Position numbers and translations under genes: made by a program. The notes below the pieces were generated by a model. That model made no database searches. It was not told the DNA's origin and saw only the letters and a program-made list of their open reading frames with translations. A stretch of 64,000 nt of DNA from Octopus sinensis (Eukaryota). The stretch spans positions 20,646,001-20,710,000 of the forward strand of contig NC_043006.1 in NCBI RefSeq assembly GCF_006345805.1, written 5' to 3'. Below, piece after piece: positions 62,034 through 64,000 of this stretch. Each line of letters opens with the position of its first letter. Position 1 is the first letter of the stretch.

Positions 62034-62425
62034 TACTCTCCTTTACTTGTTTCAGTCATTTGACTGCGGCCATGCTGGTGCGCCGCCTTTAGTCGAGCAA
62101 ATCGACCCCGGGACTTATTCTTTGTAAGCCCAGTACTTATTCTATCGGTCTATTTTGCCGAACCGCTAAGTTACGGGGGACATAAACACACCAGCATCGG
62201 TTATCAAGCAATGCTAGGGGGACAAACACAGACACACACATACATATATATATATATACATACGACAGGCTTCTTTCAGTTTCCGTCTACCAAATCCACT
62301 CACAAGGCTTTGGTCGGCCCGGGGCTATAGCAGAAGACACTTGCCCAAGGTGCCACGCAGTGGGACTGAACTCGGAACCATGTGGTTGGTTAGCAAGCTA
62401 CTTACCACACAGCCACTCCTGCGCC
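62034..62425 (-). mobile_element. SINE family B, full length
   Basis: Match to B consensus. Confidence 0.93.
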
Positions 62426-63035
62426 TATTCACTAGGTTTTTGATAAATTACCATAAAAAAAGATTCTGACAAACATCATTTGGGTTGCGAAAGTTTGAAT
62501 AACTTAGAATTTTTGCTTCCAAATAATCCAGGAAATATTTTGAGCAGAAAAATCTGAGATCACATATGAAGTACTTAAAAATAACACACACACAAAAAAA
62601 AGAAAACGACGTTCCTAAAATTTCATTACATAGGTGCAAAACTATGGCTTACCATTTGGAACATGCATACATGCATGTTAGTAGTTCACTGGTGTCCGAG
62701 GAAGACCATCAATGACTGTTATAAGTGAACTTATGTGTTGGTCGGTGATTACGGATTTCCAACCCGTGAGGTTTTCTTGTATCACCACCTTCCTATAAAT
62801 GCAGGACTTTGGACAAAGGCAATGTTAATATCGCCAACGGGGAATTTTAGGTCTATAGCAATGGATTCTATCCTGTGTTTTGCCATAAAGAAATCAAAAT
62901 GCAGGGATGTGCACAACCGAGGTTCTATCCAAAGAATGACCGTTGTTCACGTGATTGTTCGGTGGTCTGACTAGAACCTTCTTTGAGCGAGGCCTACAAA
63001 TACAGCAAAATTGATTGCCAAAAATTCAGAGTTTA

Positions 63036-63520
63036 AATAATAATAATAATAATAATAATTGTGTACAGTGCTCAGGTGCACTACAACTCATCTAAAGTGT
63101 ATACATAATCAGGTGTAGTTTCGGCGGATTTCGGGAAGCATGAGGGCCTTAAAGGATGCAGTGTCATGGCAGTCAACAACTGATGCAGGCAGTTTATTCC
63201 ACGCTTCAGCAACCCTGAGCGTGAAAAAATGTTTCCGAAAGTCATGGGAGCTGTGTTGTTTTCTGACTTTGTAGGCATGTCCACGTGTGTTGGACACATG
63301 AAGATCAAAAAGGTGTTCAGTGTTGTTGTTGGTGAGGTGGTTGATAACCTTGTGGGTGTTTACCAAGTCCGTCGCCAGACGCCGGAGCTTCAGTGAATCC
63401 ATGCCCAGGGAAACAAGGCGCTCAGAATATGGTAGGTGTCTGATGGAGGGTATGCGTTTGGTTGCACGTCTCTGGACAGATTCCAGGAGGTCAATGTTCT
63501 GAGCAAGATAGGGATTCTTG
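63036..63520 (-). mobile_element. CR1/L2-like LINE 3' end with (ATT)n tail
   Basis: SLKLRRLATDL..TRGHAYKV..FRKHFFTLRVAEAWNKLPASVV; AGTGC/GCACT 3' hairpin. Confidence 0.88.
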
Positions 63521-63693
63521 GATCGAGTTAGCGTACACTCACCTAATAGCTGTTTTTACGTCTGTGTATTCAACCTGAAATGATCGACGACGAAAAACAT
63601 CGCGGCACCAGAATGTGTTTTCGATATGTAAAAATTAGTCCAAATATTGAGTTTCTAACAAAGAGTTTCTGTACGTGTCATATTACGTTGTTT

Positions 63694-64000
63694 GGATGTT
63701 TTCCTTTTGAACGGCAGTTTTCAACACAATTTCTAGTTAACTAAACACTTTTAAACTTCGTATACTGGTAGAATGTGTTTATAAAACATCATTTTTTTCT
63801 TGGCTTTATTGAGAAATTCTATAGTTTGTAAGATATTTCCACTTTAAAATCGAGCATTTTGGCAATTTTAACCAATCGCTGACCTCCATTTAGGTAAACA
63901 ACATTCCGTGCTGTATGAATATGTCCCTCGTTTAAGAAACAGATTGGGTTTATTTACATTTGCGAAGAAAAAAAGATACCCTCCCCCATCCCTAACCTTA
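63694..64000 (-). mobile_element. GGATC-TIR MITE copy, cut by the window end
   Basis: Reverse-complement match to the right half of 15771-16199. Confidence 0.85.

Noticed and set aside
62735-62974. Plus-strand ORF with LVGDYGFP, resembling the Harbinger LLGDSGYP motif
   Set aside because: The other DDE_Tnp_4 motifs and spacing are absent.

Overview
This is a gene-poor, repeat-saturated eukaryotic window with a 100-N gap at 2494-2593. The SINE families point to an octopod cephalopod (inference). No host protein-coding gene can be supported, and the long ORFs in the track are microsatellite read-throughs or decayed transposon fragments. Contents: four tRNA-headed SINE families (about 35 copies), decayed LINEs (CR1-like, RTE, R4/Dong, L1/Tx1), Penelope-like (PLE) relics, three non-autonomous Helitrons, Tc1/mariner remnants, several MITE/fold-back elements, a tRNA-Asp(GTC) copy lacking its 5' acceptor strand, and very abundant microsatellites. 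The main find is about 15 type I hammerhead ribozyme motifs on both strands, mostly in PLE-type modules ending in (TA)n arrays. One motif is fully canonical with extended stems (28544-28648). Three non-canonical cores recur: U3-A8 covariant, U4C and A6U. An inverted copy of flanking sequence ends at one predicted cleavage site. Other notable structures are SINE concatemers sharing one fixed junction, a TSD-bounded 174-bp-arm fold-back retro-insertion, a fold-back made of two mariner 3' ends, and a telomere-repeat-carrying MITE. All ribozyme calls are hand-folded predictions, not tested activity.
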